A stretch of 64,000 nucleotides of DNA from Octopus vulgaris (Eukaryota). A program made the translations under genes and the position numbers. The notes under the pieces were generated by a model. The model saw only the letters and a program-made list of their open reading frames with translations. It was not told where the DNA came from and made no database searches. Location of the stretch: NCBI GenBank assembly GCA_951406725.2, contig OX597835.1, forward strand, positions 9,672,001 through 9,736,000, in the 5' to 3' direction. Positions 25,564 to 39,424 of the stretch are shown piece after piece; within the stretch, counting starts at the first letter, position 1, and every line of letters begins with the position of its first letter.

Positions 25564-26010
25564 GGACAGTGTTATATAGGTGAGTAATAGGAGGAAAGGA
25601 GAAGCATATCTGCGATAAACATAGAAATTCGTTCTAAAAATAGTTCGTAACCGAGGCAAAGGCTTGAAATTGATTGACCCCAGTGATTGATTGGTGTTTT
25701 GTTTTATCGATCCTGAAAGGATGAGGGGAAGAGGTGACATCGGAGGGATTTGAACTCAGAACTTGGAGCTGGAACAAATATCGACTCCTAAACGATTCCC
25801 TCAGCCCATTGCTTTCGTCTTCAGATGAATATCCGAACGTTAATTCGCCCTTTGTATTATTATTAGCATTTCCGACATTATCCCGTTTGGCACGTCGAAA
25901 TAGATGGCAGCTCTTAAAGGAGAGTAGAAAAAATACAGGACTGTTTGACTATAACAAATCGATATTCTTGTTACGTTTTATGTTGAAATATGATTGACTG
26001 CTCGTCCGAT

Positions 26011-26202
<192 letters not shown>

Positions 26203-26833
26203 TATGTATGTGTGTGTATGTATGTATATGTTTATATTTGATTGAAAATTTTGGAGGGTATCTCGGTTGCTGGGAGTGGAGTTAATATCCGGTTGCTGGA
26301 TTTTATGCCCTCTACAGCGTATTGAAACTATTCATTGATTCCATTTAACACGTAGCAAGAGAAACTATGATAAATGGATATTCGACCAATACTTCCTTTG
26401 TATAAATACTTGCTGGAACGTATTAATAAAATATACGACAAACTGGAATTTTCTAGATAGTGCTTCATACCCTTTCATTAACCACTGACTCACCATCAGA
26501 GACTTTCCCGTCGTGTTGTACGACAATAAACGGTTCACATTTGGCTGTTTAATTTCACCTGGATAACACGTCGATGAGGAGTTTATGAAGTAGGGTGATT
26601 TAAGGTGGGAACCTCGTGACATTAAATCGCATTACGACTCGCCAGAATAGTAATATCGACATCCACAGAGAATTATACCCAAAATATTAATGACGAATAA
26701 ACAAATAAATGTACTCTATTACCCATCGTGAGTACGTTTGTACCCCAAACTATAAATACGTATGTGCATGCGTGCGTGTGTGTATGTGTGTGTGAACGCA
26801 AGTACATTTATATGTGTGTGTGTACACACATGC

Positions 26834-26869
<36 letters not shown>

Positions 26870-26882
26870 GCGTATGTATCTA

Positions 26883-26957
<75 letters not shown>

Positions 26958-26966
26958 TTCAATATG

Positions 26967-27011
<45 letters not shown>

Positions 27012-27992
27012 TGATGTATATTTGTATATGCACATACATATACAAACACTCACATGAATTCATGCATACCGTATACATACACACACGCACACACTCACAC
27101 ACACATATAAAGAGAATTCTCAATTAATGGAATCTCAACTTTCAACTTAAATCCTGAACTTGGGGCTAAGACGGTTGAGGAAGCCATGAGATGAATGCAG
27201 GCGGCCAATTTAATTGGCTCATACAAAGACCGCTATTTTCATAATGAGGGACAGCTTTCCAAAATAATATGCTGTACTTTCGGTTTGAAATAATAATAAT
27301 TTAAATAAAGAAAAATAAATAATAATTGTCAAAGAAAGAAATACAAGAAAAAATATATATATATATAATGTGCCAGAGGGCGGAAAATGAGGAGATATTG
27401 TCAGCAATCTATGAAGAATGATAAAGAGAATTATAACATCCAAATTATCTCAAGAAATGTTGTGGGTTATTGTTTAATAAACAAGTTCGTCTAAAAATCT
27501 TGCAGGTGCTTTCATACATACAGAATTACGTGAACGCTCTCTATTTTCAGAGCTCAATCACCGTTTTAATAAAACAGGTTTCTGCCAAGAACAAAGTGCC
27601 ATTATTTTCAAAAAAAGTTGATTTCGATTTTGTTGTAACTTTAAATCGAATTTCTCCGCAGTCGAAATGTACTTTTCTCGTATACAGCATCAATGAAAGA
27701 AAATATCAAACTGTAGACTTTAATAGGTTTCAATCAGAACGATCTTCCTGCTTCGCTCTCATCTCAAATCCTCACAAGACCTGAAACTAATTCGATTCGT
27801 TTCTTTTATAGTGACGCTACTGATTTTTGTGACAATCTCCGACTCACACACACATGCTGTATCATATTAAGCGTATGGAGAGATAGGGAGACAGAGAGAG
27901 AGAGAGAGGGAGAGGAGAGAAACAGGTAGATATAGAGGGATAAAAGCTAAAGGCCATATGTAGGCGTATAGACTCATTTCGAGGCTTCTCTG

Positions 27993-28099
<107 letters not shown>

Positions 28100-28114
28100 A
28101 TGCATGTATGTGTG

Positions 28115-28330
28115 GAGAGAGAGGGGGAGAATTCACAAAAAAGACAAAATGCGAAGACAGTTGGTGTAGACAACAAACGGATGTATTAGTTTAACGCTCG
28201 GAAAGTGAAAGTCTTTAACGTTTCGAGCCTACGCTCTTCCACAGAGAAGAACACAGAAAGAAACAGGGAGAGTAAATAAAGAATGTGTAGTGGCTAGCGA
28301 TCTATCATGGCGAATGCTGGTCAGAGGTGT
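28115..28330 (-). mobile_element. Element family H with hammerhead-like motif (copy 2)
   Basis: Homologous to 21133-21310. Lies next to the (TA)n array at 27995-28095. Confidence 0.82.
28213..28248 (-). ncRNA. Candidate minimal hammerhead, CUGUNGA core (copy 2)
   Basis: UUCU CUGUGGA A GAGC-GUAG-GCUC GAAAC GUU AAAG. Confidence 0.58.
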
Positions 28331-28776
28331 AGAACAACCAGAGTAGGTAGAAACGATAATAGAAAAAAAAGCAGAAAGTACAAAAGAATTTAGAAAGTAC
28401 AAAAGAGTTGAGAAAAATTCAAAAGGTTCAAAAGCGATTTCTCATCAATGGAAGAGTCCAGTGTAATCCATGGGTAGGAGAGGTACAGCTGAAGTATAGG
28501 GTACGTGTGCGTGCGTGTGTGTGTGCGCGCGCTTGTGTTGTAAAGACAACGAGCTACCAATCAATACCCTGTTTGTTGTTCTCTCACACCGTCTATGCAT
28601 TTTTGTATTTTTGGTCTATAGGGAAGACGCTTCCTGAAAAAGGGCCAAACCTCGTGGCTGTCAAAAATACTCCTTACCTTTGCACTTCTTACCATTCCTA
28701 TTTGATATATACGTTTATATAATTTATCGTGCAATCTTCATATAATTCATTTTACCAGGTGCACCAATCATATACA

Positions 28777-29162
28777 CTTTTACTCTTTTACTTGTTTCAG
28801 TCATTTGACTGCGGCCATGCTGGAGCACCGCCTTTTTAGTCGAGCAAATCGACCCCGGAACTTATTCTTTTGTAAGCCTAGTACTTATTCTATCGGTCTC
28901 TTTTGCCGAACTGCTAAGTAACGGGGACATAAACACACCAGCATCAGTTGTCAAGCAATGCTAGGGAGACAAACACAGACACACAAACACACACATACAT
29001 ATATATATATATATACATATATACGACGGTCTTCTTTCAGTTTCCGTCTACCAAATCCACTCACAAGGCATTGGTAGGCCCGAGGCTATAGCAGAAGACA
29101 CTTGCCCAAGATGCCACGCAGTGGAACTGAACCCAGAACCATGCGGTTGGTTAGCAAGCTAC
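28777..29162 (-). mobile_element. SINE family A, lacking the first ~25 nt
   Basis: Colinear with 3287-3697. Confidence 0.92.
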
Positions 29163-29929
29163 AATGGTCATGCCTTTCCCAAGCACAATAAAACAAAAAT
29201 AACTGTAACTGGTGACCATGACTGAATTATAATGTAAACTGGAAGAGGTCCCATCACAGAAATACACACCCAACCTTTTACACACGCGCGCGCGCATACA
29301 CACGCTCACACGCACTTACTCACGTCCGTATGCACGCATGTGAACACACTGACACACACGCATAAGTAAGGGAGAAAGGGGGAGAGAACTCTAAAAGAGT
29401 CTCCACACTTACAAGATGACAGTGTGTATTTGTGTGCATCTAGAAATCTCGAAGCTAATTTATCGCCAGCTAAACCTGAAGAGGATTATACAGCGTAAGG
29501 TTAGTATTTATTTTATAAAGAGAGAAGGGATTAGGATCAAAACAATCACGGAATTATTTGAATCTGAAATTGTAAGATAGGAGTCTGATACGGCGTGTAT
29601 TTCGTGTAGTAGATGGCGGATGGTGGTGGGGGATATACGGCATAGAAGCAATCGAAATTCTATCGCAAGCTCAGACTTCGGAGATTTTCCATTTGTCACA
29701 CACAAACACACGCACACATACACACACACACACAAACACACATTACAAGTGAAATAAACAATAGAGATGCTTAACCCCGTGTGGAAAGTGCTTGACCTAC
29801 TCAGAGGATTTTAAAGTTCTTTTAAATTCATTGTAATGATGGAAATACTTCTCCTTCCCTGTTGTCGGCAGATATCTCAGGCTCGCAAGCGTTTTAACCC
29901 TTAACCTATACGCTTCGCTTGTGTGGGTC

Positions 29930-30520
29930 TCTAGGAAAGAACTAGTCTTCAGCTACGGAAGGGTTTCGCTTGCGCTCTCCTATCGACTATAGTCACTTTC
30001 AGCTAGTTTCAGCTGTTGCGCCCTCCTTCATGACTTTCTCCATTTGTTTGGCCTCCATTCTATCTTCTGCATGATGAAGCTGGAAAACCGTAGCAGTCGA
30101 CTACAAGGGGTAATGAAGCCACATGCCATCCCTTGACGAGGGCCTCGTCGACTAAGTCTTGATATTTCGTTTACTTTATCTCGTGCGAAACCTGGAGTCT
30201 GACCTGCCATGGCATTGGGAGTTCAACCATGATGGTTACTTTTGTATACCTGGTCTTTGTATACCATGTCCGATCGGAATGATGTTACCATTGTCTCTTT
30301 TGGGAGGGCAAGTCTACCCTACAGGTCCACTTGCATCTCACTGTCTGAAGCAGAGCACAAGACAGGAAACGGGTACCCTACTATTGTTTTTCGTCTTGGA
30401 TCTTTACAAATTTGATGCCCTTTGGTGGCGGCGGTAGTGGTGGCTGGTATTCATTAGTCTTCACTCTTTGCAGATCAGTCCACTTTTTCGGCAAGAATCT
30501 TGTCACCCCTCAACAAGCAG
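29930..30520 (-). mobile_element. HERO-like RLE non-LTR retrotransposon relic (endonuclease region)
   Basis: Minus-strand pieces: DKILAE...GIKFVK...SASDSEMQVDL*GRLALPKETMVTSFRSDMV / KVTIMVELPMPWQVRLQVSHEIK*TKYQDLVDEALVKGWHVASLPLVVDCYGFPASS. These match the DWxMxVDL...FP...TxLRPD...VELTVPWE...KxxKY...GW...EVGCRGF pattern. Confidence 0.82.
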
Positions 30521-30894
30521 TGTAGGATAGGATGGGTCTTTTATTTGACCCATATTTTAAGGTTATTTGGGTGTTGACAAAAGGTCAGAGAGAGAGCACG
30601 ATATCCTTTGTTTTCTTGTTACCTTCATTGGATTGTGGCACAGCTGGAAGACTGCTGTGAAGGGATTCAGTCGAAGAGATTCACCACGGTACTTATTCTT
30701 TATTTAAGGGTACTATATCAATCAATCTTGTCGAACATCTAGCCTATGGGAACGTAAACAAATCAACAGCAATTATCATAATGGGGAGAGTTCAAACACT
30801 GACATTTCACACCTATGTAAACACACACACACACATGCACACTCATACACACACACACACACACACAATATATATACATATATATATATATATA

Positions 30895-31480
30895 TAATAA
30901 TAAATATTAGGGAATAAATCCAAACTTACAGGGAAAAATCAGATTTACGATTGAATCCAATTTTATAGTAAAATATTATATTATATTAAATTAGAGACAA
31001 AACCACTATTAGGCAAATCAAACAATGAAAGACTTAAGCCAATACATATGATTAATTTATATTATTTAAATATGTAACAATTATTAAAAAATATAATTAA
31101 TATCCACTACGATCGTTTCCTGCCTGCTGTCTTTAAATTTTTGAGTCGCAGTCATTCATCAGGTGGTTTCAAAATTTTTCTTGGCGATATATTTAGAGAG
31201 ATGGGGGAAAGATATATATTATGATAAAAAGTATTTTACTACAGGATATTTTCATTTTACCATTGTATATTCTTATTCATGTAATGGTAAAATGAATTTT
31301 ATTAAAATATTTTTCTCTCGTTATTCATAATATACATTCATTTAGTTTTCCTTTTCTATCGTATTCTATACATTCTATATGTTTTATAGAATGATATACT
31401 AAGGAGCTCTTTTCATGAGTACCACTGTATTAGTTGAATCCACATACTTTGATTTTATATGTGTCTGTGCGTGCATGCAT
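30895..31480 (-). mobile_element. (TA)n-flanked PLE pseudo-LTR/retrozyme-like element with canonical hammerhead
   Basis: Terminal ~160 bp is the reverse complement of 46428-46595. Hammerhead at 31104-31166. Confidence 0.75.
31104..31166 (-). ncRNA. Type-I hammerhead ribozyme motif with canonical core
   Basis: CCAC CUGAUGA AUG A CUGC...GCAG G CAG GAAAC GAUC GUA GUGG. Helix I CCAC/GUGG, palindromic helix III ACGAUCGU, GUA cleavage triplet. Confidence 0.82.
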
Positions 31481-31874
31481 AAATATATATATACATATAC
31501 ATATATATATATATCATCACAATCAAGGAACGGCCATAATAGGCCATTCACCCACTAGAAATAACAGCCAAAGCTTTAACCGCAAAATAACATTAATTCC
31601 GTAAACCAGGAGAAAATTAAAAAAACATTTACCCTGTAATTTCTTATACGATGCACCGTTTCATCTACTGTTTAATGGTAAATTAACCTGATAAAATTAA
31701 ATCAAGCCAATCTTCCATAGGCCCTTAGATTCCTCAGTAAGAAATAGCCAGAACGGAACAGATATTTTCACAAGGCATTTCCGTCCCTGCCTCGGCAATA
31801 TCTGACCTAAAATTTTCAAATCAACTGGTGGCAAAAAAATTCTACAAAATCTTTTTTGCCACCCTATATTGATT

Positions 31875-31930
<56 letters not shown>

Positions 31931-32269
31931 TACATATACACATATATACATGCATATGACGGGATACCAAGTACACTCACAAGTCATTGGTGAGCACCGT
32001 GTCTATAGTAGAAGACATTTGCCCACAGTGCCAGGCAAAGCGAGCTGCTTAACCATATGTCACAGATTCGCTGATAGCATGTTGCAAAGTCTGGGGTATA
32101 CTGTCTTTAGTTGCCTTTGCAGTGTTGGGGAGACATAAGACCCTAGATGACCTCAAATCCTTCGCCTTTGGCTGCTGTTTCTAGCATATCCTCTGACCAC
32201 ATATAATTTCCCTATCTTAATTTTATTCTTATTTTTTGTGATTTGATTGTTGTTTTGTTATTATTGTTA

Positions 32270-32282
32270 ATAATAATAATTC

Positions 32283-32318
<36 letters not shown>

Positions 32319-32378
32319 ATATGATGATGATGATGATAATAATAATAATAATAATGATGATGATGATAATAATAATTC

Positions 32379-32441
<63 letters not shown>

Positions 32442-32490
32442 TGATAATAATAATAATGATGATGATGATGATGATAATAATAATTCTAAT

Positions 32491-32552
<62 letters not shown>

Positions 32553-32655
32553 TGATGATGATGATAATAATAATGATGATGATGATAATAATAATAATAA
32601 TAATAATAATAGTGATAATATTAATCATGAAAATAATGATGACGATGATGATGAG
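32270..32655 (+). repeat. (TAA)n/(TGA)n compound microsatellite
   Basis: Direct reading. Confidence 0.97.
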
Positions 32656-32699
32656 TATTTCCTTAGTAAGTGAAATCATTGTTTTCCTCTTAATCGGTG

Positions 32700-32840
32700 A
32701 TTTTATCAGAGGAGTAGCAGAATGGAGCAACTGGTAATAGAATGCTTCGGACCAAGGATCAATGCGCCGAACAGACAAGGAATGGAACTCGCGATCTTGT
32801 GATCTTGAACCCAACGCTCTCACCACTAAACCACGGACAT
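32700..32840 (-). mobile_element. Old tRNA-SINE head fragment similar to family F
   Basis: GGAACTCGCGATCTTGTGATC...CGCTCTCACCACTAAACCACG resembles 48465-48528. Confidence 0.55.
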
Positions 32841-32848
32841 TTACGCAC

Positions 32849-32902
<54 letters not shown>

Positions 32903-32946
32903 GAAGGAGCTTCTACAGGACTAGAACTGTTAACCCCGGCGGGACC

Positions 32947-32987
<41 letters not shown>

Positions 32988-32990
<3 letters not shown>

Positions 32991-33402
32991 TGCAGGAGTG
33001 GCTGTTTGGTAAGTAGCTTGCTAACCAACCACATGGTTCCGGGTTCAGACCCACTGCGTGGCATCTTGGGCAAGTGTCTTCTGCTATAGCCCCGGGCCGA
33101 CCAATGCCTTGTGAGTGGATTTGGTAGACGGAAACTGAAAGAAGCCTGTCGTATATATGTATATATATATATAAGTGTGTGTGAATATGTTTGTGTGTCT
33201 GTGTTTGTTCCCCTAGCATTGCTTGACAATCGATGCTGGTGTGTTTACGTCCCCGTCACCTAGCGGTTCGGCAATAGAGACCGATAGAATAAGTACTGGG
33301 CTTACAAAGAATAAGTCCCGGGGTCGATTTGCTCGACTAAAGGCGGTGCTCCAGCACGGCCGCAGTCAAATGACTGAAACAAGTAAAAAGAGTAAAAAGA
33401 GT
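32988..33402 (+). mobile_element. SINE family A, full length, within (TA)n
   Basis: Colinear with 9851-10268. Confidence 0.93.
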
Positions 33403-33403
33403 A

Positions 33404-33454
<51 letters not shown>

Positions 33455-34215
33455 TCACACACACGTATATGTGTGTGTGCATATAACGGTAACAATGTGT
33501 ACATACACGCGTGTGTTTGTGCACGTGTCTATGTGTGTGCTGTGAATTTGTGTGACTATCTCTACGTGTCCGTATCGATACACGTATATAACATGTGCCT
33601 CTGTATGTGTGTGTGTGTTTGTATGTGTGTGTTTGTGTGTGAGTATGTGTGTGTGTATATGTGTGTGTATGTGTGTGCATCTTTTCGCATTTTGTTTTTT
33701 TACTTTCCTGCGATTTTCCCCCTAAAACCAAAGAATATAACACATCCTAATTAATTTATTCCACTCCAGCTTCGGTGTTATTACTTGAAAATCGATCACG
33801 CATATTGTCGCAGATTTCTAGAATTCTTCTGCCATCCTGTTTACAAAAAAAAACCAACATCTATGTCGATCTTACATATTTTCCGAAATGAATTTCTTGC
33901 CCCATTTAATATTTCATGACTACTCTTGCTACTATTACTTCTACTGCTACTATTACAACTACTATTGATGCTGCTAGTAATGTTGAGCAAAGAGCGAGTG
34001 TAGCTGCTACGGCGAGCGCTGCTACAGTTGCCATTAGAACAGTTGTCTTGGTGATATCTAGTTGCTAAGTGATACATACTGCTATTTCCCCCTGTCTCCC
34101 AGGATGTTACAGTTAAATCTGCTGCTTCGGTGTATTCTCTTAGAGATGAATCTGCTCTTAACCTTTTCCTCGAAAACTAAGAAGAATTGGTATTGTTACG
34201 ACTACTACAACAACA

Positions 34216-34260
<45 letters not shown>

Positions 34261-34475
34261 GCTACTACTACTTCAAGCTAGGTAGATGCGGAACAATGAA
34301 TATTAGTCCTTCTCCACCCACCTCCAAATATTATATTTATAGCGACAGTCCCATTTTGGTGTAACGTACGCATCTGCAAAAATTTCATACGTATAACCAC
34401 TCAGAAAACAAATTAGCAATTTAGTTAGGTGTTGTGGATAACAGCGTGGCATATATATATATGCATGTGTACGTA

Positions 34476-34549
<74 letters not shown>

Positions 34550-34647
34550 TATACACACACATTTTTATCGTGGGTTAACAAGGCTTTATTTAGCCACCTA
34601 TGCGATGTTGAAAACTAACGCTGTTCCACAATAGCGTATGCTTGTGC

Positions 34648-34694
<47 letters not shown>

Positions 34695-34763
34695 ACAATA
34701 ATATTAAAGAATTGCCTTAATAGGCCATTCAACTCGCTAAAACGAGCAGCTAAACTCAAACCG

Positions 34764-34802
<39 letters not shown>

Positions 34803-34804
34803 TA

Positions 34805-35165
34805 CGGTGCGGTGAATATATTGTCGTCTGCATTACGCAAAAATGAAAATAACACTGACATCACATTTTAAAAGATATATTTACATATAATATTATATAA
34901 AGATATCTTGAAATACTAATGAGTAAATTTATTCAATAAAATCGTCATTGGCTTCAACCACAACTTCCAGACTTCTTCGGAATCTCTTTTAACTCTTATC
35001 GATGCTCTCCTTGCTTAAGTTGTTGAAAGCTGCCATAATCCTTGTCTTCAGTTCACCTTTGGTGCTACAAGGAGTTCTGTTGGTCTCTCGCTCAACTGTG
35101 CCCATCGCATAAAAATCAAGGGGGTTGCCGTCTGGGGAGTTAGGTGGTCAAATGTTAGGTGGTTC
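34805..35165 (-). mobile_element. Tc1/mariner (maT-like) transposon 3' relic with probable terminal repeat end
   Basis: PNI*PPNSPDGNP/LDFYAMGTVERETNRTPCSTKGELKTRIMAAFNNL...RFRRSLEVVVEANDDFIE*. End TA|CGGTGCGGTGAATATATTGTC is shared with 47611-47628. Confidence 0.88.
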
Positions 35166-35190
35166 CGATAATTCTCGTTTCTTTCAATGT

Positions 35191-35572
35191 GGGAAGCACT
35201 CCGTCGGTTACGACGAAGAGGGTTCCGGTTGATCCGAATCAACGGAACAGCCTGCTCCTGAAATTAACGTGTAAGTGGCTGAGCACTCCACAGACACGTG
35301 TACCCTTAACGTAGTTCTCGGGGATATTCAGCGTGACACAGAGAGTGACAAGGCCGGCCCTTTGAAATACAGGTACAACAGAAACAGGAAGTAAGAGTGA
35401 GAGAAAGTTGTGGTGAAAGAGTACAGCAGGGATCACCACCATCCCCTGCCGGAGCCTCGTGGAGCTTTAGGTGTTTTCGCTCAATAAACACTCACAGCGC
35501 CCGGTCTGGGAATCGAATCCGCGATCTTATGACCGCGAGTCCGAGCCCTAACCACTGGGCCATTGCGCCTCC
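35191..35572 (-). mobile_element. SINE family B, full length, 11 bp TSD
   Basis: TCTTTCAATGT at 35180-35190 and 35573-35583. Confidence 0.95.
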
Positions 35573-35833
35573 TCTTTCAATGTAAGCGTGCGTGAAGTAA
35601 AATAGTTAAGATGGCCGTAGTTTTCACGACAACCTCAATTTAGGGAAACTTAGCCAGCCTTTAACGCAATGTAGCAGACTATATATGGAGATGAGAGTTA
35701 CGTCAGAGAACAGGTCTTGCCTTACATTTAATCTTGCCAAATGGTGAAATGGCTGTTTTTGATAAAAGGAAATCATTACAAACTTTAACCAAACGTCGGA
35801 GTCAATTGATTGTTGAAGACGTTTGTGTTGATA

Positions 35834-36348
35834 CTAGCAGTATCGCCCGGCGTTGCTCGGCTTTGTAAGGGAAATAACTATATAAGCATTTTTAGAGAGT
35901 TACTTCCCTTATAGATGCCAATTCGAGCTTTCTTAGCCATTTCTGTTTTGGTGTCTTCAAGCCATGAAGTCGTTGTCCTAAAAGAATGCTGGTCTCCTTG
36001 ACAACGCTTTACGACATTGATTTCCTTACACTCCCTTCCCCACAGCTTCACGAGGGAGGGAAGAAGGGGGAGAAGCAAACACAGGTGCAGGTGTGACCAT
36101 GGACGCCAACTCCGCCGCCATCGACACACGAAAAATTCTGCACTAAAATGGAATAAAAAATGATGTTAAATTATTTTTAAAATCGTAGACTCATCGTAGA
36201 CGCGCGCTAATAGCCAGACGGGCTCGATATGAATCACGACTATAAGATACCTGAATTTGGTTAAACTGCACCGCAAAATGTGGGAGTAGTTAGGAATCTA
36301 AATCGAAGGGGACAGACACTCACACAACTACAGTTTTATATATATAGA
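35834..36348 (-). mobile_element. Non-autonomous Helitron, complete
   Basis: Minus strand begins A|TCTATATATATAAAACTGTAGTTGTGTGAGTGTCTGTC and ends GCCGAGCAACGCCGGGCGATACTGCTAG|T: 5' TC, GC-rich subterminal imperfect hairpin, 3' CTAG, A|T target, no TSD. Confidence 0.88.
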
Positions 36349-36403
36349 TATATCAAAGGATTTGAAACTCCAGACTGTCAAAAATAGCTGTTTTGTGTAT
36401 AAT

Positions 36404-36538
36404 ATATATTTGTCATCCGTTGAAATATGTTCATAGATATACAAGGACATATATTTGTCACACAGTGTAATATGTTTGTACAAATACGAGAACATATATT
36501 TGTTGTACAGAGAAACATGTTCATAGAATTACAAAACG
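36404..36538 (+). repeat. 45 bp minisatellite, 3 diverged copies
   Basis: ATATATTTGT...AA(T/C)ATGTT unit starts at 36404, 36449 and 36494. Confidence 0.75.
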
Positions 36539-37059
36539 TGTATTTATTCTTCAACATTAAAATTTCATTATCAACAGCTGTCAACTTTGTTAAACGAGTT
36601 TCACATAGATTATTGAGAAGCCATGAACATGCATTTCTGCAGGTGAATAAATGCAAGTGGTAAGCGTTGTATGTATTACACCGAATATTTTGCTTTTACT
36701 TTATCACGGCGATTCTATTTGACACTTGTTTCAATCAACGCTAACGTGGAGTTCCAGTTAACACCACTTTCAGTTCCAAGCGCTTGAAATCCTTTATAAA
36801 ATGCGCACTCTGTAATTAATGCATTTCCAGTTTATATCTATACATATCATTGACAGTAACATAGAAACAATCGTGCATTCATACACATACAAACGTACAC
36901 GCATGCACACAGACATAGATTTTATATATGTTTTCATATATATACAGAGACCTGTGTTTTTATGTGTGTATGTATATATGTATATATGTATATATAGTAT
37001 ATGAATATGTGTGTGCGTTTGTGTGTATATGTATGTGTGATTGTATGTATACATGCATG

Positions 37060-37702
<643 letters not shown>

Positions 37703-38827
37703 CTTCTTCATGTTCATGCCGTTATCTGCTTTCCAGTTCTTTTCCCTTTCATGCTTGAGAGTGTAATTTAAATGATGTTTATTGGAATTTGGGATTTCCA
37801 GCTTTTGCGCTGATGATGATATTTTTCTTTTTGTTATTTATGTTCTTCTCCTTAGAATTGAAGCATTAGAATATTCGCAATATCTTTGCATAAATATTCG
37901 GACATGCCTGATCATACAATATAATTAATTCTCTATTTATTTAAGTAGCTTTCAATAAATGTCACAGCATTCTCGTAAATATATAAATCTATATACGGGA
38001 ATCGATCTCCACATTCAATCCAAATATTTCTGTGCGATGATTTTTTCCTTTGTTTTATTTCTATTTTTGCTTGTTTCTAATTTAATGTTTGGAAACTTAA
38101 AAACATACGAACAATTAACTCATACAAACGCAATATTTCCTTTTGTCATTTCTCGGGTTCTTTGCTGTTTTCATTTTCTTTGCTTTTTCATGCAGCAGGA
38201 TTTAGTTTTTTCGGTTGCATATATTTAATTATATCAAATTTAGCATATTCTATTCCTCGTATCTTTTATTGATTACAAGGAGAAGAGGAAAATCAAAATT
38301 GATCTCTCTATTGATTTGAATTCAGACTGTAGTAAAGATACATTGTAAATCGCTTCTGCCAATTTATCTGCTGATAATGGCAAATTGTTTAGAGTCAACA
38401 TGGCAAGTGTTTACAGAATACATGTTTCATATCGCGAGTCATGTTTCTGTTTTGGACATGACAGACATGACTGGATTTAAAACCGAAAGCAATGTATTGC
38501 TGTTGTTGGGGGTGGTTGCGGTGGAAGTGGTCGTCGTGGTAGTCGTGGTTTTGGTAGTGATAGTTGAGATAGTGGTGATAATGGTAGTGGTGGTGGTTCT
38601 ATTGTTTACTGTAGATAAGTTCAGCCCTGATTAAACTGACCAATGGTCAAGGATTCCTACGTTATCTAGTTCCATCTTCGATTTCTGTTTTTTTTCTTTT
38701 TTTGCGAGATTGTCAGATTCGATGGTTATTCGACTGCTATTTCGATTGGGTCATGCAATTACCCGGAAGCTCTTACACTGGACCTGGCACAAACCTGTCA
38801 TGGATGTGCATTATTCATGTTTGCTTG

Positions 38828-38952
<125 letters not shown>

Positions 38953-38965
38953 TATATATATGTAT

Positions 38966-39039
<74 letters not shown>

Positions 39040-39040
39040 A

Positions 39041-39241
39041 CTTTATTTAAAGCAGCAGAAAATTCAACAAAACCTTTTACTCTGAGTTTCCCGTTTCCGT
39101 TCGTCGGACAGTTTTTGCTGGAAACTCAGAGTAACAGGAATTTTGTTGAATTTTCTGCTGCTTTAAATAAAGCATATTACTCTACCACTGGTATTTGAGT
39201 ACTCTTTTTTCCACCTTGTTTCGGATTTATGTGTTTACTCC

Positions 39242-39243
<2 letters not shown>
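39041..39243. mobile_element. (TA)n-flanked hairpin element with ~52 bp arms, PLE-type inverted pseudo-LTR candidate
   Basis: 39041-39091 is the reverse complement of 39120-39172. A unique tail runs to 39243, then (TA)n. Confidence 0.82.
39074..39111 (-). ncRNA. Candidate minimal hammerhead, CCGACGA core
   Basis: CUGU CCGACGA A CG-GAAA-CG G GAAAC UCAGA GUA AAAG. The opposite arm reads GUA ACAG, which would restore helix I CUGU/ACAG. Confidence 0.55.
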
Positions 39244-39277
<34 letters not shown>

Positions 39278-39306
39278 GTGTACGAATGATTAGGCATATA
39301 TATATA

Positions 39307-39424
<118 letters not shown>

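Noticed and set aside
28630-28680. CTGAAAA-AGGG-CCAAA-CCTC motif
   Set aside because: GAAA is absent and C3/A8 is mismatched; too decayed to support.
31826-31868. GGTGGCAAAAAA...TTTTTTGCCACC hairpin ending in CCCTATA, like a mariner TIR
   Set aside because: No partner TIR or transposase was found nearby.
32902-32950. Short insert GAAGGAGCTTCTACAGGACTAGAACTGTTAACCCCGGCGGGACCTAC inside (TA)n
   Set aside because: Probably the remnant of a TA-associated element, but too short and single-copy here to classify.
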